From positions 149,048,001 through 149,112,000 of the forward strand of contig OZ024741.1 of the NCBI GenBank assembly GCA_964016885.1: a stretch of 64,000 bases of DNA. The letters are read 5' to 3'. The notes beneath the pieces are model-generated. The model searched no databases. It was not told the origin of the DNA and worked only from the letters and a program-made list of their open reading frames with translations. This stretch comes from Eledone cirrhosa (Eukaryota). Both the position numbers and the translations under genes were made by a program. This document shows positions 11,901 to 24,200 of the stretch, piece after piece (position 1 is the first letter of the stretch; each line of letters starts with the position of its first letter).

Positions 11901-14900
11901 TTGGGGTTAGGGTTAGGGTTGGGGTTAGGGTTAGGGTTAGGGTTAGGCTTAGGGATAGGGTTAGGTTTAGGGTTAGGGTTAGGGTTAGGGTTAGGGTTAG
12001 TGTTAGGATTGGGGTTAGTGTTATGGTTGGGGTTAGGGTTAGGGTTAGGGTTAGGGTTGGCGTTGGCGTTAGAGTTAGGGTTAGGTTTAGGGTTAGGTTT
12101 GGGTTTGGTGTTAGGGTTGGGGTTGGTGGTAGGGTTAGGGTTAGGATTAGGTTTAGGGGTAGGTTTAGGGTTAGGGTTCGGGTTAGGGTTCGGGTTAGGT
12201 TTAGGGTTAGGGTTAGGGTTCGGGTTAGAGTTGGTGTTAGAGTTGGGGTAGGGGTTGGGGTTGGGGTTGGGATTAGGTTTAGGGTTGGTATTGGGTTAGG
12301 GTTAGGGTTAGGGTGAGTGTTATGTTTAGGGTTGGGGTTGGAGTTAGGGTTAGGGTAGGGTTAGTGTTAGTGTTGGGGTTAGGATTAGAGTTAGGGTTAG
12401 CGTTAGGGTTCGGGTTAGGGTTAGGGTTAGGGTTAGGGTTGGGGTTGGGATTGGGGTTGGGGTCAGAGTTAGGGTTGGGGTTAGGGTTAGAGTTTGGGTT
12501 GGGGTAGGCGTTAGGGTTAGGGTTGAGGTCACGGTTAGGTTTAGAGTTTGGGTTTTGGTTAGGGTTAGGGTTTGGGTTAGGGTTAGGGTTAAGGTTGGTG
12601 TTCGGCTTAGGGTTAGGGTTGGTGTTAGTGTTAGGGTTAGGGTTAGGGTTAGGGTTAGGGTTAGGGTTGGGGTTAGGGTTAGATTTGTGGTTAGGTTTAG
12701 GGTTAGTGTTAGGGTTAGGGATAGGGTTGGGGTTAGGGTTGGATTTAGGGTTAAGGTTAGGGTTATGGTTGGGCTTAGGGTTGGGGTCAGGGTTAAGGTT
12801 AGAGTTAGGGTTAGGGTTAGGGTTGGGGTTTGGGTTAGGTTTAGGGTTAGGGTTTGTGTTAGGCTTAGGTTCAGGGTTAGGGTATGGGTTAAGGTTGGGG
12901 TTAGGGTTAGGGTTCGGGTTAGTGGTAGGGTTAGGGTTACGGTTAGGGTTAGGGTTGGGGCTGGGGTTGGTGTTGGGGTTGGGGTTAGGGTTAGGGTTGG
13001 GGTTGGGGTTGGGGTTAGGGTTAGGGTTGGGTTGGGGTTGGGGTTAGTGTTATGGTTGTGTTTACGGTTAGTGTTAGGGTTTGGGTTAGGATTAGGGTTA
13101 GGGTTAGGTTTAAGGTTAGGGTTAGTTTTAGGGATAGGTTTAGCGATAGAGTTAGCATTAGGGTTAGGGTTAGTGTTAATGTTGGGGTAAGGGTTTGGGT
13201 TTGGGTTTGGGATAGGGTTAGGGTTTAGCTTAGGGTTAGGGTTAGGGTTAATGTTAGGGTTAGTGGTGGGTTAGGGTTAAGGTTAGGGTTAAATTTAGGG
13301 TTAGGGTTAGGGTTAGGGTTAGGGTTAGGGTTAGGGTTAATGTAAGGTTAAGGTTTTGGATTTGGGATATGGTTAGGGTTAGGGTTATGGCTAGGGTTAG
13401 GGTTAGGCTTTGGGTTAGTGTTAGGGTGTGAGTTAGGGTTTTGGTTTTGGTTAGGTTTATGGGTAGGGTTAGGGTTAGGGTTAGGATTAGCGTTAGGGTT
13501 AGGGTTTGGGTTTGATTTAGGGTTAGGGATTGGTTTAGGGTTAGGGTTAGGGTTAGGGTTAATGTAAGGGTTGGGGTTAGGGTTAGGGTTAGGGTTAGGG
13601 TTAGGGTTAGAGTGGGGGTTAGGGTTAGGGTTGGGATTAGGGTTAGGGTTAGGTTTTGGGTTAGGGTTAGGGTTAGGGTTATGTTTAGGGATAGGGTTAG
13701 GGTTAGGGTTGGGGTTAGGGTTAGGGTTAGGGTTAGGTTTAGTGTTAGGATTGGGTTTAGTGCTAGTGTTAGTGTTAGGGTTAGGGTTGGGGTTCGGGTT
13801 AGTGTTGGGGTTAGGGTTAGGGTTAGGGTTGGGGTTATGGTTAGGGTTAGGGTTATGGTTAGGGTTAGGGTTAGGGTTGGGGTTAGGGTTAGGGTTAGGG
13901 TTAGGGTTAGGGTTAGGGTTGGGGTTAGGGTTAGCGGTAGGGTTAGGGTTGGGGTTAGAGTGGGGGTTAGGGTAGGGTTAGGGTTGAGGTTAGGGTTAGG
14001 GTTAGGGTTGGGTTTAGGGTTAGGGTTGGGGTTAGTGGTAGGGTTAGGGTTACGGTTAGGGTTAGGGTTGGGGCGGGGTTGGTGTTGGGGTTGGGGTTTA
14101 GGGTTAGGGTTGGGGTTGGTGTTGCGGTTCGGGTTAGGGTTTGGGTTAGGGTTAGGGTTAGGGTTAGGGTTAGGTTTAGGGATAGGGTTAGGGTTAGAGT
14201 TAGGGTTAGGGTTAGGGTTGGGGTTAGGGTTAGGGTTAGGGTTAGGGTTAGTGTTGGGGTTAGGGTTAGGGTTGGGGCTAGGGTTAGGGTTAGGGTTAGG
14301 TTTAGGGATAGGGTTAGGTTTAGGGTTAGGGTTAGGGTTACGGTTAGGGTTGGGGTTAAGGTTAGGGTTAGGTTTAGTGTTAGGATTGGGGTTAGTGTTA
14401 CGGTTGGGGTTAGGGTTAGGGTTAGGGTTAGGGTTAGGGTTAGGGTTGACGTTGCCGTTAGAGTTAGGGTTAGGTCTACGGTTAGGTTTGGGTTTGGTGT
14501 TAGGGTTGGGGTTGGTGGTAGGGTTAGGATTAGGTTTAGGGGTAGGTTTAGGATTAGGGTTCGGGTTAGGGTTCGGGTTACGTTTAGGGTTAGGGTTAGG
14601 GTTCGGGTTAGAGTTGGTGTTAGAGTTGGGGTTGGGGTTGTGGTTGGGGTTGGGATTAGGTTTAGGGTTGGGATTGGGTTAGGGTTAGGGTTATGGTGAG
14701 GGTTATGTTTAGGGTTGGGGTTGGAGTTAGGGTTAGGGTAGGGTTAGGGTTAGTGTTAGGGTTAGGATTAGAGTTAGGGCTAGCGTTAGGGTTTGGGTTA
14801 GGGTTAGGGTTAGGGTTAGGGTTAGGGTTGAGGTTGGGATTGGGGTTAGGGTTAGGGTTGGGATTAGGGTTAGGGTTAGGTTTTGGGTTAGGGTTAGGGT

Positions 14901-17900
14901 TAGGGTTAGGGTTATGTTTAGGGATAGGGTTAGGGTTAGGGTTGGGGTTAGGGTTAGGGTTAGGTTTAGTGTTAGGATTGGGTTTAGTGTTAGTGTTAGT
15001 GTTAGGGTTAGGGTTGGGGTTCGGGTTAGTGTTGGGGTTAGGGTTAGGGTTAGGGTTGGGGTTATGGTTAGGGTTAGGGTTATGGTTAGGGTTAGGGTTA
15101 GGGTTGGGGTTAGGGTTAGGGTTAGGGTTAGGGTTAGGGTTAGGGTTAGGGTTGGGGTTAGGGTTAGCGGTAGGGTTAGGGTTGGGGTTAGAGTGGGGGT
15201 TAGGGTAGGGTTAGGGTTGGGGTTAGGGTTAGGGTTAGGGTTGGGGTTAGGGTTAGGGTTGGGGTTAGTGGTAGGGTTAGGGTTACGGTTAGGGTTAGGG
15301 TTGGGGCGGGGTTGGTGTTGGGGTTGGGGTTTAGGGTTAGGGTTGGGGTTGGTGTTGCGGTTCGGGTTAGGGTTTGGGTTAGGGTTAGGGTTAGGGTTAG
15401 GGTTAGGTTTAGGGATAGGGTTAGGGTTAGAGTTAGGGTTAGGGTTAGGGTTGGGGTTAGGGTTAGTGTTAGGGTTAGGGTTAGTGTTGGGGTTAGGGTT
15501 AGGGTTGGGGCTAGGGTTAGGGTTAGGGTTAGGTTTAGGGATAGGGTTAGGTTTAGGGTTAGGGTTAGGGTTACGGTTAGGGTTGGGGTTAAGGTTAGGG
15601 TTAGGTTTAGTGTTAGGATTGGGGTTAGTGTTACGGTTGGGGTTAGGGTTAGGGTTAGGGTTAGGGTTAGGGTTAGGGTTGACGTTGGCGTTAGAGTTAG
15701 GGTTAGGTCTACGGTTAGGTTTGGGTTTGGTGTTAGGGTTGGGGTTGGTGGTAGGGTTAGGATTAGGTTTAGGGGTAGGTTTAGGATTAGGGTTCGGGTT
15801 AGGGTTCGGGTTACGTTTAGGGTTAGGGTTAGGGTTCGGGTTAGAGTTGGTGTTAGAGTTGGGGTTGGGGTTGTGGTTGGGGTTGGGATTAGGTTTAGGG
15901 TTGGGATTGGGTTAGGGTTAGGGTTATGGTGAGGGTTATGTTTAGGGTTGGGGTTGGAGTTAGGGTTAGGGTAGGGTTAGGGTTAGTGTTAGGGTTAGGA
16001 TTAGAGTTAGGGCTAGCGTTAGGGTTCGGGTTAGGGTTAGGGTTAGGGTTAGGGTTAGGGTTGGGGTTGGGATTGGGGTTGGGGTCAGAGTTAGGGTTGG
16101 GGTTAGGGTTAGAGTTTGGGTTGGGGTAGGCGTTAGGGTTAGGGTTGAGGTCACGGTTAGGTTTAGAGTATGGGTTTTGGTTAGGGTTAGGGTTAGGGTT
16201 AGGATTAGGGTTAGGGTTGGTGTTAGGCTTAGGGTTAGGGTTGGGGTTAGAGTTAAGGTTAGGGTTAGGGTTGGTGTTAGTGTTAGGGTTAGGGTTAGGG
16301 TTAGTGTTAGGGTTAGGGTTGGGGTTAGGGTTAGGTTTGTGGTTAGGTTTAGGGTTAGTGTTAGGGTTAGGGTTAGGGTTGGGGTTAGGGTTGGATTTAG
16401 GGTTAAGGTTAGGGTTATGGTTGGGCTTAGGGTTGGGGTCAGGGTTAAGGTTAGGGTTAGAGTTAGGGTTAGGGTTAGGGTTAGGTTTAGGGTTGGGGTT
16501 GGAGTTGTGTTGGGGTTGGGGTTGGGGTTAGGATTAGGGTTGGGGTTAGGGTTAGGGTGAGGGTGAATGTTAGGGTTAGGGTTAGGATTGGGATTGGGTT
16601 TGGGGTTAGGGTTGGGGTTGGGTCTATCGTTAGCGTTGGGGTTAGGGTTAGGGTTGGGGTTGGTTTTGTGTTGGGTTTGGGGTTGGGGTTAGGATTAGGG
16701 TTGGGGTTAGGGTTAGGGTGAGGGTGAATGTTAGGGTTAGGGTTAGGGTTGGGGTTGGGTTTGGGGTTAGGGTTGGGGCTGGGTCTAGGGTTAGGGATGG
16801 GGTTAGGGTTAGGGTTAGGGTTAGCGTTAGGGTTAGTGTTAGGTTTAGGGTTTGGGCTAGGGTTAGGGTTAGGGTTAGGGTTCGGGTTACGGTTAAGGTT
16901 AGGGTATGGGTTAAGATTGGGGTTAGGGTTAGGGTTCGGGTTAGTGGTAGGGTTAGGATTACGGTCAGGGTTAGGGTTGGGGCTGGGGTTGGTGTAGGAG
17001 TTGGGGTTAGGGTTAGGGTTGGGGTTGGGGTTGGGGTTAGGGTTAGGGTTGGCTTGGGGTTGGGGTTAGTGTTAGGGTTGGGGTTACGGTTAGGGTTAGG
17101 GTTTGGGTTAGGGTTAGGGTTAGGGTTAGGTTTAAGGTTAGGGTTAGGTTTAGGGATAGGGTTAGCGGAAGAGTTAGCATTAGGGTTAGGGTTAGGGTTA
17201 ATGTTGGGGTAAGGGTTTGGGTTTGGGTTTGGGATAGGGTTAGGCTTTAGCTTAGGGTTAGGGTTAGGGTTAATGTTAGGGTTAGTGGTGGGTTAGGGTT
17301 AAGGTTAGGGTTAAATTAAGGGTTAGGGTTAGGGTTAGGGTTAGGGTTAATGTAATGTTAAGGTTTTGGATTTGGGATATGGTTATGGTTAGGGTTATGG
17401 CTAGGGTTAGGGTTAGGCTTTGGGTTAGTGTTAGGGTGTGAGTTAGGGTTTGGGTTTTGGTTAGGGTTATGGGTAGGGTTAGGGCTAGGGTTAGGATTAG
17501 CGTTAGGGTTAGGGTTTGGCTTTGATTTAGGGTTAGGGATTGGTTTAGGGTTAGGGTTAGGGTTAGGGTTAGGGTAAGGGTTGGGGTTAGGGTTAGCGTT
17601 AGGGTTAGGGTTGGGGTTAGAGTGGAGGTTAGGGTTAGTGTTAGGGTTGGGGTTAGGATTAGGGTTAGGGTTGGGGTTAGGGTTTGGGTTGAGGTTAGTG
17701 TTAGGGTTAGGTTTTGGGTTAGGGTTAGGGTTAGGGTTAAGGTTAGGTTTAGGGATAGGGTTAGGGTTAGGGTTAGGTTTAGGGTTTGGGTTAGGGTTAG
17801 GGTTAGGTTTAGTGTTAGGATTGGGGTTAGTGTTAGGGTTAGGGTTAGGGTTAGAGTTGGGGTTAGGGTTAGTGTTGGGGTTAGGGTTAGGGTTAGGCTT

Positions 17901-20900
17901 GGGGTTAGGGTTAGGTTTAGGGTTAGGTTTAGGGATAGGGTTAGGGTTAGGGTTAGGGCTAGGGTTAGGGTTGGGGTTAGGGTTAGGGTTAGGGTGAGGT
18001 TTAGTGTTAGGATTGGGGTTAGTGTTACGGTTGGGATTAGGGTTAGGGTTAGGGTTAGGGTTAGGGTTGGGGTTGGCGTTAGAGTTAGGGTTAGGTTTAG
18101 GGTTAGGTTTGGGTTTGGTGTTAGGGTTGGGGTTGGTGGTAGGGTTAGGGTTAGGATTAGGTTTAGGGTTAGGTTTAGGGTTAGGGTTCGGGTTAGGGTT
18201 CGGGTTAGGTTTAGGGTTAGGGTTCGGGTTCGGGTTAGAGTTGGTGTTAGAGTTGGGGTTGGGGTTGGGGTTGGGGTTGGGATTAGGTTTAGGGTTGGGA
18301 TTGGGTTAGGGTTAGGGTTAGGGTGAGGGTTATGTTTAGTGTTAGGGTTGGGGTTGGGGTTGGGGTTAGGCTTAGAGTTAGGGTTAGGATTAGGGTTAGG
18401 GTTAAACTTAGGGTTAGGTTTAGGGTTAGGGCTAGGGTTGGGGTTGGAGCTAGGGTTAGGGTAGGGGTTAGGGTTAGGGTTAAGGTTAGGGTTAGAGTTA
18501 AGGTTAGCGTTAGGGTTCGGGTTAGGGTTCGGGTTAGGGTTAGGGTTAGGGTTAGGGTTAGGGTTGGGGTTGGGGTTAGGGTTAGGGTTAGTGTTGGGGT
18601 TAGGGTTGGGGTTAAGGTTAGTGTTAGTGTTGGGGTTAGGTTTAGGGTTGGGATTAGGGTTAGGGTTAGTGTTGAGGTTAGGGTTAGGGTTATGTTTAGG
18701 GTTAGGGTTAGGGTAAGGGTTAGGGTTAGGGTTGGTGTTGGGGTTTATGTTTAGGGTTAGGATTAGGGTAAGTTTGGGGTTGGTGTTAAGGTTGGAGTTG
18801 GTGGTATGGTTAGGGTTAGGCTTAGGTTTAGGGTTAGGGTTTGGGTTAAGGTTAGGGTTAGGGTTAGGGTTAGGATTAGGGTTAGTGTTGGGGTTGGGGT
18901 TGGCGTTGGGATTGGGGTTAGGGTTAGTGTTATGGTTAGGGTTAGGCTTAGGGTTAGGGTTAGGGTTAGGGTTAGGATTAGGGTTAGGGTTAGGCTTACG
19001 GTTAGGGTTAGTGTTAGGGTTAGGGTTAGGGTTGGGGTTGAGGTTAGGGTTGGGGTTGGAGCTAGGGTTAGGGTTGGGGTTAGCGTTAGGGTTAGGGTTA
19101 GGGTTAGGTTTATGGTTAGGATTAGGTTTAAGGTTAGTGTTAGGGTTAGGTTTAGGGTTCGGGTTAGGGATCGGGTTAGGGTTAAGGTTAGGGTCAGCGT
19201 TAGTGTTAGGGTTGGGGTTGGGGTTGGGTTAGGGTTGGGGTTAGGGTTAGGGTTGGGTTTAGGGTTAGGGTTAGGGTTGGGGTTGGGGTGTGGGTTGGCG
19301 TTGGGGTTAGGGTTAGTGTTGGGGTTGGGTTTGGTGTTAGGGTTAGGGTTTGGGTTACGGTTAGGTTTAGCGTTTGGGTTAGGGTTATGGTTAAGGTTAG
19401 GGTTAGGGTTAATGTTAGGGTTAGGGTTAGTTGTTAGGGTTAGCGTTAGAGTTAGGATTAGGGTTAGGTTTAGGGTTAATGTTGGGGTAAGGGTTTTTGT
19501 TTGGGTTTGGGATAGGGTTAGGTTTTAGTTTAGGGTTAGGGTTAGGGTTAATTTTAGGGTTAGTGGTGGGTTAGTGTTAGGGCTAGGTTTAATGTTAATG
19601 TTAGGGTTAGGGTTAGGGTTAATGTTAGGGTTAGTGTTCTGGTTAGAGTTAAGGTTAATGTTGGGGTAACGATTTGGGTTTGGGTGTGGGATAGGGTTAG
19701 AATTTGGGTTTGTGTTTGGGATAGTGTTATAGTTTGGGTTTGAGTTAGGGTTACGGTTAATGTTAGGGTTAGTGTTAGGGTTAGGGTTAATGTTAGGGTT
19801 AGGGTTAGGGTTAATGTTAGTGTTAGTGTTAGATTTAGGGTTAATGTTACGTTAAGGGTTTGGTTTTAGGGATATGGTTAGGGTTAGTGTTAAGCCTAGG
19901 GTTGGGGTTGGGGTTAGGGTTAGGTTTGGTGTTAGGGTTAGGGTTGGAGTTAGGGCTAGGGTTAGGGTTAGGGTTGGGGTTGGGTTTGGGGTTGGGGTTG
20001 GGGTTGGGGTTAGGGTTAGTGTTGGTGTTGGGGTTGGGGTTAGGGTTAGTTTTGGGGTTGGGGTTGGGGTTAGGGTTAGGGTTGGGATTACGGATAGGTT
20101 TAGCGTTTGGGTTATTTTAGGGTTAGTGTTATGTTAGGTTTAGTGTTAGGGTTAGGGTTAGGGTTAGGCTTAGGGTTAGGTTTAGGGCTAGGGTTAGGGT
20201 TAGGGTTGGGGTTAGGGTTGGGGTTGGGGCTAGGGTTAAGGTAGGGGTTAGGGTTAGGGTTAGGGTTAGGGTTAGGGTTAGGGTTAGGGTTAGGGTTAAT
20301 GTTAGTGTTAGAATTAGGGTTAGGGTTAATGTTAAGGTTAGGGTTAGGGTTAGAGTTAATGTTAGGGTTAGATTTAGGGTTAATATTATGTTAAGGGTTT
20401 GGGTTTAGGGATATGGTTAGGGTTAGTGTTAAGCCTAGGGTTGGGGTTGGGGTTAGGGTTAGGGTTGGGGTTAGGGTTAGGTTTGGAGTTAGGGCTAAGG
20501 TTATGGTTAGGGTTGGGGTTGGGGTTAGGGTTGGGGTTGGGGCTAGGATTAGGGTAGGGGTTAGGGTTAGGGTTAGGGTTATGCTTAGGGTTAGGGTTGG
20601 GGTTGGGATTGGGGTTGGGGTAAGTGTTAGGATTGGGGTTAGGGTTAGGATTTTGGTTGGGCTTGCCGTTAGTGTTAGGGTTGGGGTTACAGTTAGGTTT
20701 AGAGTTTTGGTTTTGGTTAGGGTTAGGGTTAGGGTTAGGGTTAAGGTTAGGGTTGGGGTTGGGGTTAGGCTTAGGGTTGGGTTAGGTTTAGGGTGAGGGT
20801 TAGGGTGAGGGTTAGGATTAGGGTTAGGGTTAGGGTTAGGGTTAGGGTGAGGGTTGGGGTTAGGGTTAGGGTTAGGGTTAGTGTTGGGGTTAGGGTTGGG

Positions 20901-21239
20901 GTTAAGGTTAGGATTAGGGTTGGTGTTAGGGATAGGGTTAGGGTTAGGGTTGGTGTTGGGGTTAGGGTTGGGGTTAGGGTTAGGGTTAGGGTTAGGGTTA
21001 GGGTTGGGTTTAGGGTTAGGGTTAGGTTTAGGGTTAGGGTTAGGGTTAGGGTTGGGGTTAGGGTCAGGGTTAGTGTACGGTTTAGGGTTAGGGTTGGGGT
21101 TGGGGTTTATGGTTAGGGTTAGGGATAGGGTAAGGGTTGGGGTTGGTGTTAAGGTTGGAGTTGGTGGTATGGTTAGGGTTAGGGTTAGGTTTAGGGTTTG
21201 TGTTAGGGTTAGGGTTAGGGTTGGGGTTAGGGTTAGGCC

Positions 21240-21271
<32 letters not shown>

Positions 21272-24200
21272 AGGTTAGGGTTGGGGTTGGGGTTAGGGTT
21301 GAGGTTGGAGCTAGGGTTAGGGTTGGGGTTAGCGTTAGGGTTAAGGTTAGGGTTAGGTTTATAGTTAGTGTTAGGGCTCGGGTTAGGGTTCGGGTTAGGG
21401 TTAGGGTTAGGGTTAGCTTTAGTGTTAGGGTTGGGGTTGGGGTTTGGGTTAGGGTTGGGGATAAGGTTATGGTTGGGGTTAGGGTTAGGGTTAGGGTTAG
21501 GGTTGGGGTTGGGGTGTGTGTTGGGGTTAAGTTTAGGGTTGGGGGTTGGGTTTGGTGTTAGGGTTAGGGTTAGGGTTAGGGTTAGGGTTAGGGTTAGGGT
21601 ATGGGTTAAGGTTGGGGTTAGGGTTAGTGTTCGGGTTAGTGGTAGGGTTAGGGTTACGGTTAGGGTTAGGGTTGGGGCTGGGGTTGGTGTTGGGGTTGGG
21701 GTTAGGGTTAGGGTTGGGGTTGGGGTTGGGGTTAGTGTTAGGGTTGGGTTGGGGTTGGGGTTAGTGTTAGGGTTGGGGTTACAGTTAGGGTTAGGGTTTG
21801 GGTTAGGGTTAGGGTTAGGGTTAGGTTTAAGGTTAGTGTTAGGTTTAGGGATAGGGTTAGCGGTAGAGTTAGCATTAGGGTTAGGGTTACGGTTAATGTT
21901 GGGGTAAGGGTTTGGGTTTGGGTTTGGGATAGGGTTAGGGTTTAGCTTAGGGTTAGGGTTAGGGTTAATGTTAGGGTTAGTGGTGGGTTAGGGTTACGGT
22001 TAGGGTTAAATTTAGGGTTAGGGTTAGGTTTAGGGTTAATGTAAGGTTAAGGTTTTGGATTTGGGACATGGTTAGGGTTAGGGTTATGGCTAGGGTTAGG
22101 GTTAGGCTTTGGGTTAGTGTTAGGGTGTGAGTTAGGGTTTGGGTTTTGGTTAGGGTTATGGGTAGGGTTAGGGTTAGGGTTAGGATTAGCGTTAGGGTTA
22201 GGGTTTGGCTTTGATTTAGGGTTAGGGATTGGTTTAGGGTTAGGGTTAGGGTTAGGGTTAGAGTAAGGGTTGGGGTTAGGGTTAGCGTTAGGGTTAGGGT
22301 TGGGGTTAGAGTGGGGGTTAGGGTTAGGGTTAGGGTTGGGGTTAGGGTTAGGGTTAGGGTTGGGGTTAGGGTTAGGGTTGAGGTTAGTGTTAGGGTTAGG
22401 GTATGGGTTAGGGTTAGGGTTAGGGTTAGGTTTAGGGATAGGGTTAGGGTTAGGGTTAGGGTTCGGGTTGGGGTTAGGGTTAGGGTTAGGGTTAGGGTTA
22501 GGTTGGGGTTAGGGTTAGTGTTGGGGTTAAGGTTAGGGTTAGGGTTGGGGTTAGGGTTAGGGTTAGGGTTAGGTTTAGGGATAGGGTTAGGGTTAGGGTT
22601 AGGGCTAGGGTTAGGGTTGGGGTTAGGGTTAGGGTTAGGGTTAGGTTTAGTGTTAGGATTGGGGTTAGTGTTACGGTTGGGGTTAGGGTTAGGGTTAGGG
22701 TTAGGGTTAGGGTTAGGTTTAGGGTTAGGTTTGGGTTTGGTGTTAGGGTTGGGGTTGGTGGTAGGGTTAGGGTTAGGATTAGGTTTAGCGTTAGGTTTAG
22801 GGTTAGGGTTCGGGTTAGGTTTCGGGTTAGGTTTAGGGTTAGGGTTAGCGTTCGGGTTAGAGTTGGTGTTAGAGTTGGGGTTGGGGTTGGGGTTGGGGTT
22901 GGGATTAGGTTTAGGGTTGGGATTTGGTTAGGGTTAGGGTTAGGGTGAGGGTTCTGTTTAGTGTTAGGGTTGGGGTTGGGGTTGGGGTTAGGCTTAGAGT
23001 TAGGGTTAGGATTAGGGTTAGGGTTAAGCTTAGGGTTAGGGTTAGGGTTAGGGCTAGGGTTGGGGTTGGAGCTAGGGTTAGGGTAGGGGTTAGGGTTAGG
23101 GTTAAGGTTAGGGTTAGAGTTAAGGTTAGCGTTAGGGTTCGGGTTAGGGTTCGGGTTAGGGTTAGGGTTAGGGTTGGGGTTGGGATTCAGGTTGGGGTCA
23201 GAGTTAGGGTTGTGGTTAGGGTTAGGGTTGGGGTTTGGGTTGGCGTTAGGGTTAGGGTTGGGTTTACGGTTAGGTTTAGAGTTTGGGTTTTGGTTAGGGT
23301 TAGAGTTAGGGTTAGGGTTAGGGTTGGGTTGGGGTTAGGGTTAGGGTTGGGTTAGGTTTAGGGTGAGTGTTAGGGTTAGGTTTAGGATTAGGGTTAGGGT
23401 TAGGGTTAGGGTGAGGTTGGGGTTAGGGTTAGGGTTAGTGTTGGGATTAGGGTTGGGGTTAACGTTAGTGTTAGTGTTGGGGTTAGGTTTAGGGTTGGGA
23501 TTAGGGTTAGGGTTAGTAGTGAGGTTAGGGTTAGGGTTATGTTTAGGGTTAGGGTTAGGGTTAGGGTAAGGGTTAGGGTTGGTGTTGGGGTTTATGTTTA
23601 GGGTTAGGATTAGGGTAAGTTTGGGGTTGGTGTTAAGGTTGGAGTTGGTGGTATGGTTAGGGTTAGGGTTAGGTTTAGGGTTAGGGTTTGGGTTAAGGTT
23701 AGGGTTAGGGTTAGGGTTAGGGTTAGTGTTGGGGTTGGGGTTGGGGTTGGGGTTGGCGTTGGGATTGGGGTTAGGGTTAGTGTTATGGTTAGGGTTAGGC
23801 TTAGGGTTAGGCTTAGCGTTAGGGTTAGGATTAGGGTTAGGGTTAGGCTTACGGTTAGGGTTAGTGTTAGGGTTAGGGTTAGGGTTGGGGTTGGGGTTGG
23901 GGTTGGAGCTAGGGTTAGGGTTGGGGTTAGCGCTAGGGTTAGGGTTAGGGTTAGGTTTATGGTTAGGATTAGGTTTAAGGTTAGGGTTAGGGTTAGGGTT
24001 AGGGCTAGGGTTAGGGTTAGGGTTAGGGTTAGGTTTAGTGTTAGGATTGGGGTTAGTGTTACGGTTGGGGTTAGGGTTAGGGTTAGGGTTAGGGTTAGGG
24101 TTAGGGTGAGGGTTAGGGTTAGGGTTAGGGTTAGGGTTAGGGTTCGGTTAGGGTTAGGGTTTGGGTTTAGGTTAGGGTTAGGGTTAGGGTTGGGGTTGGC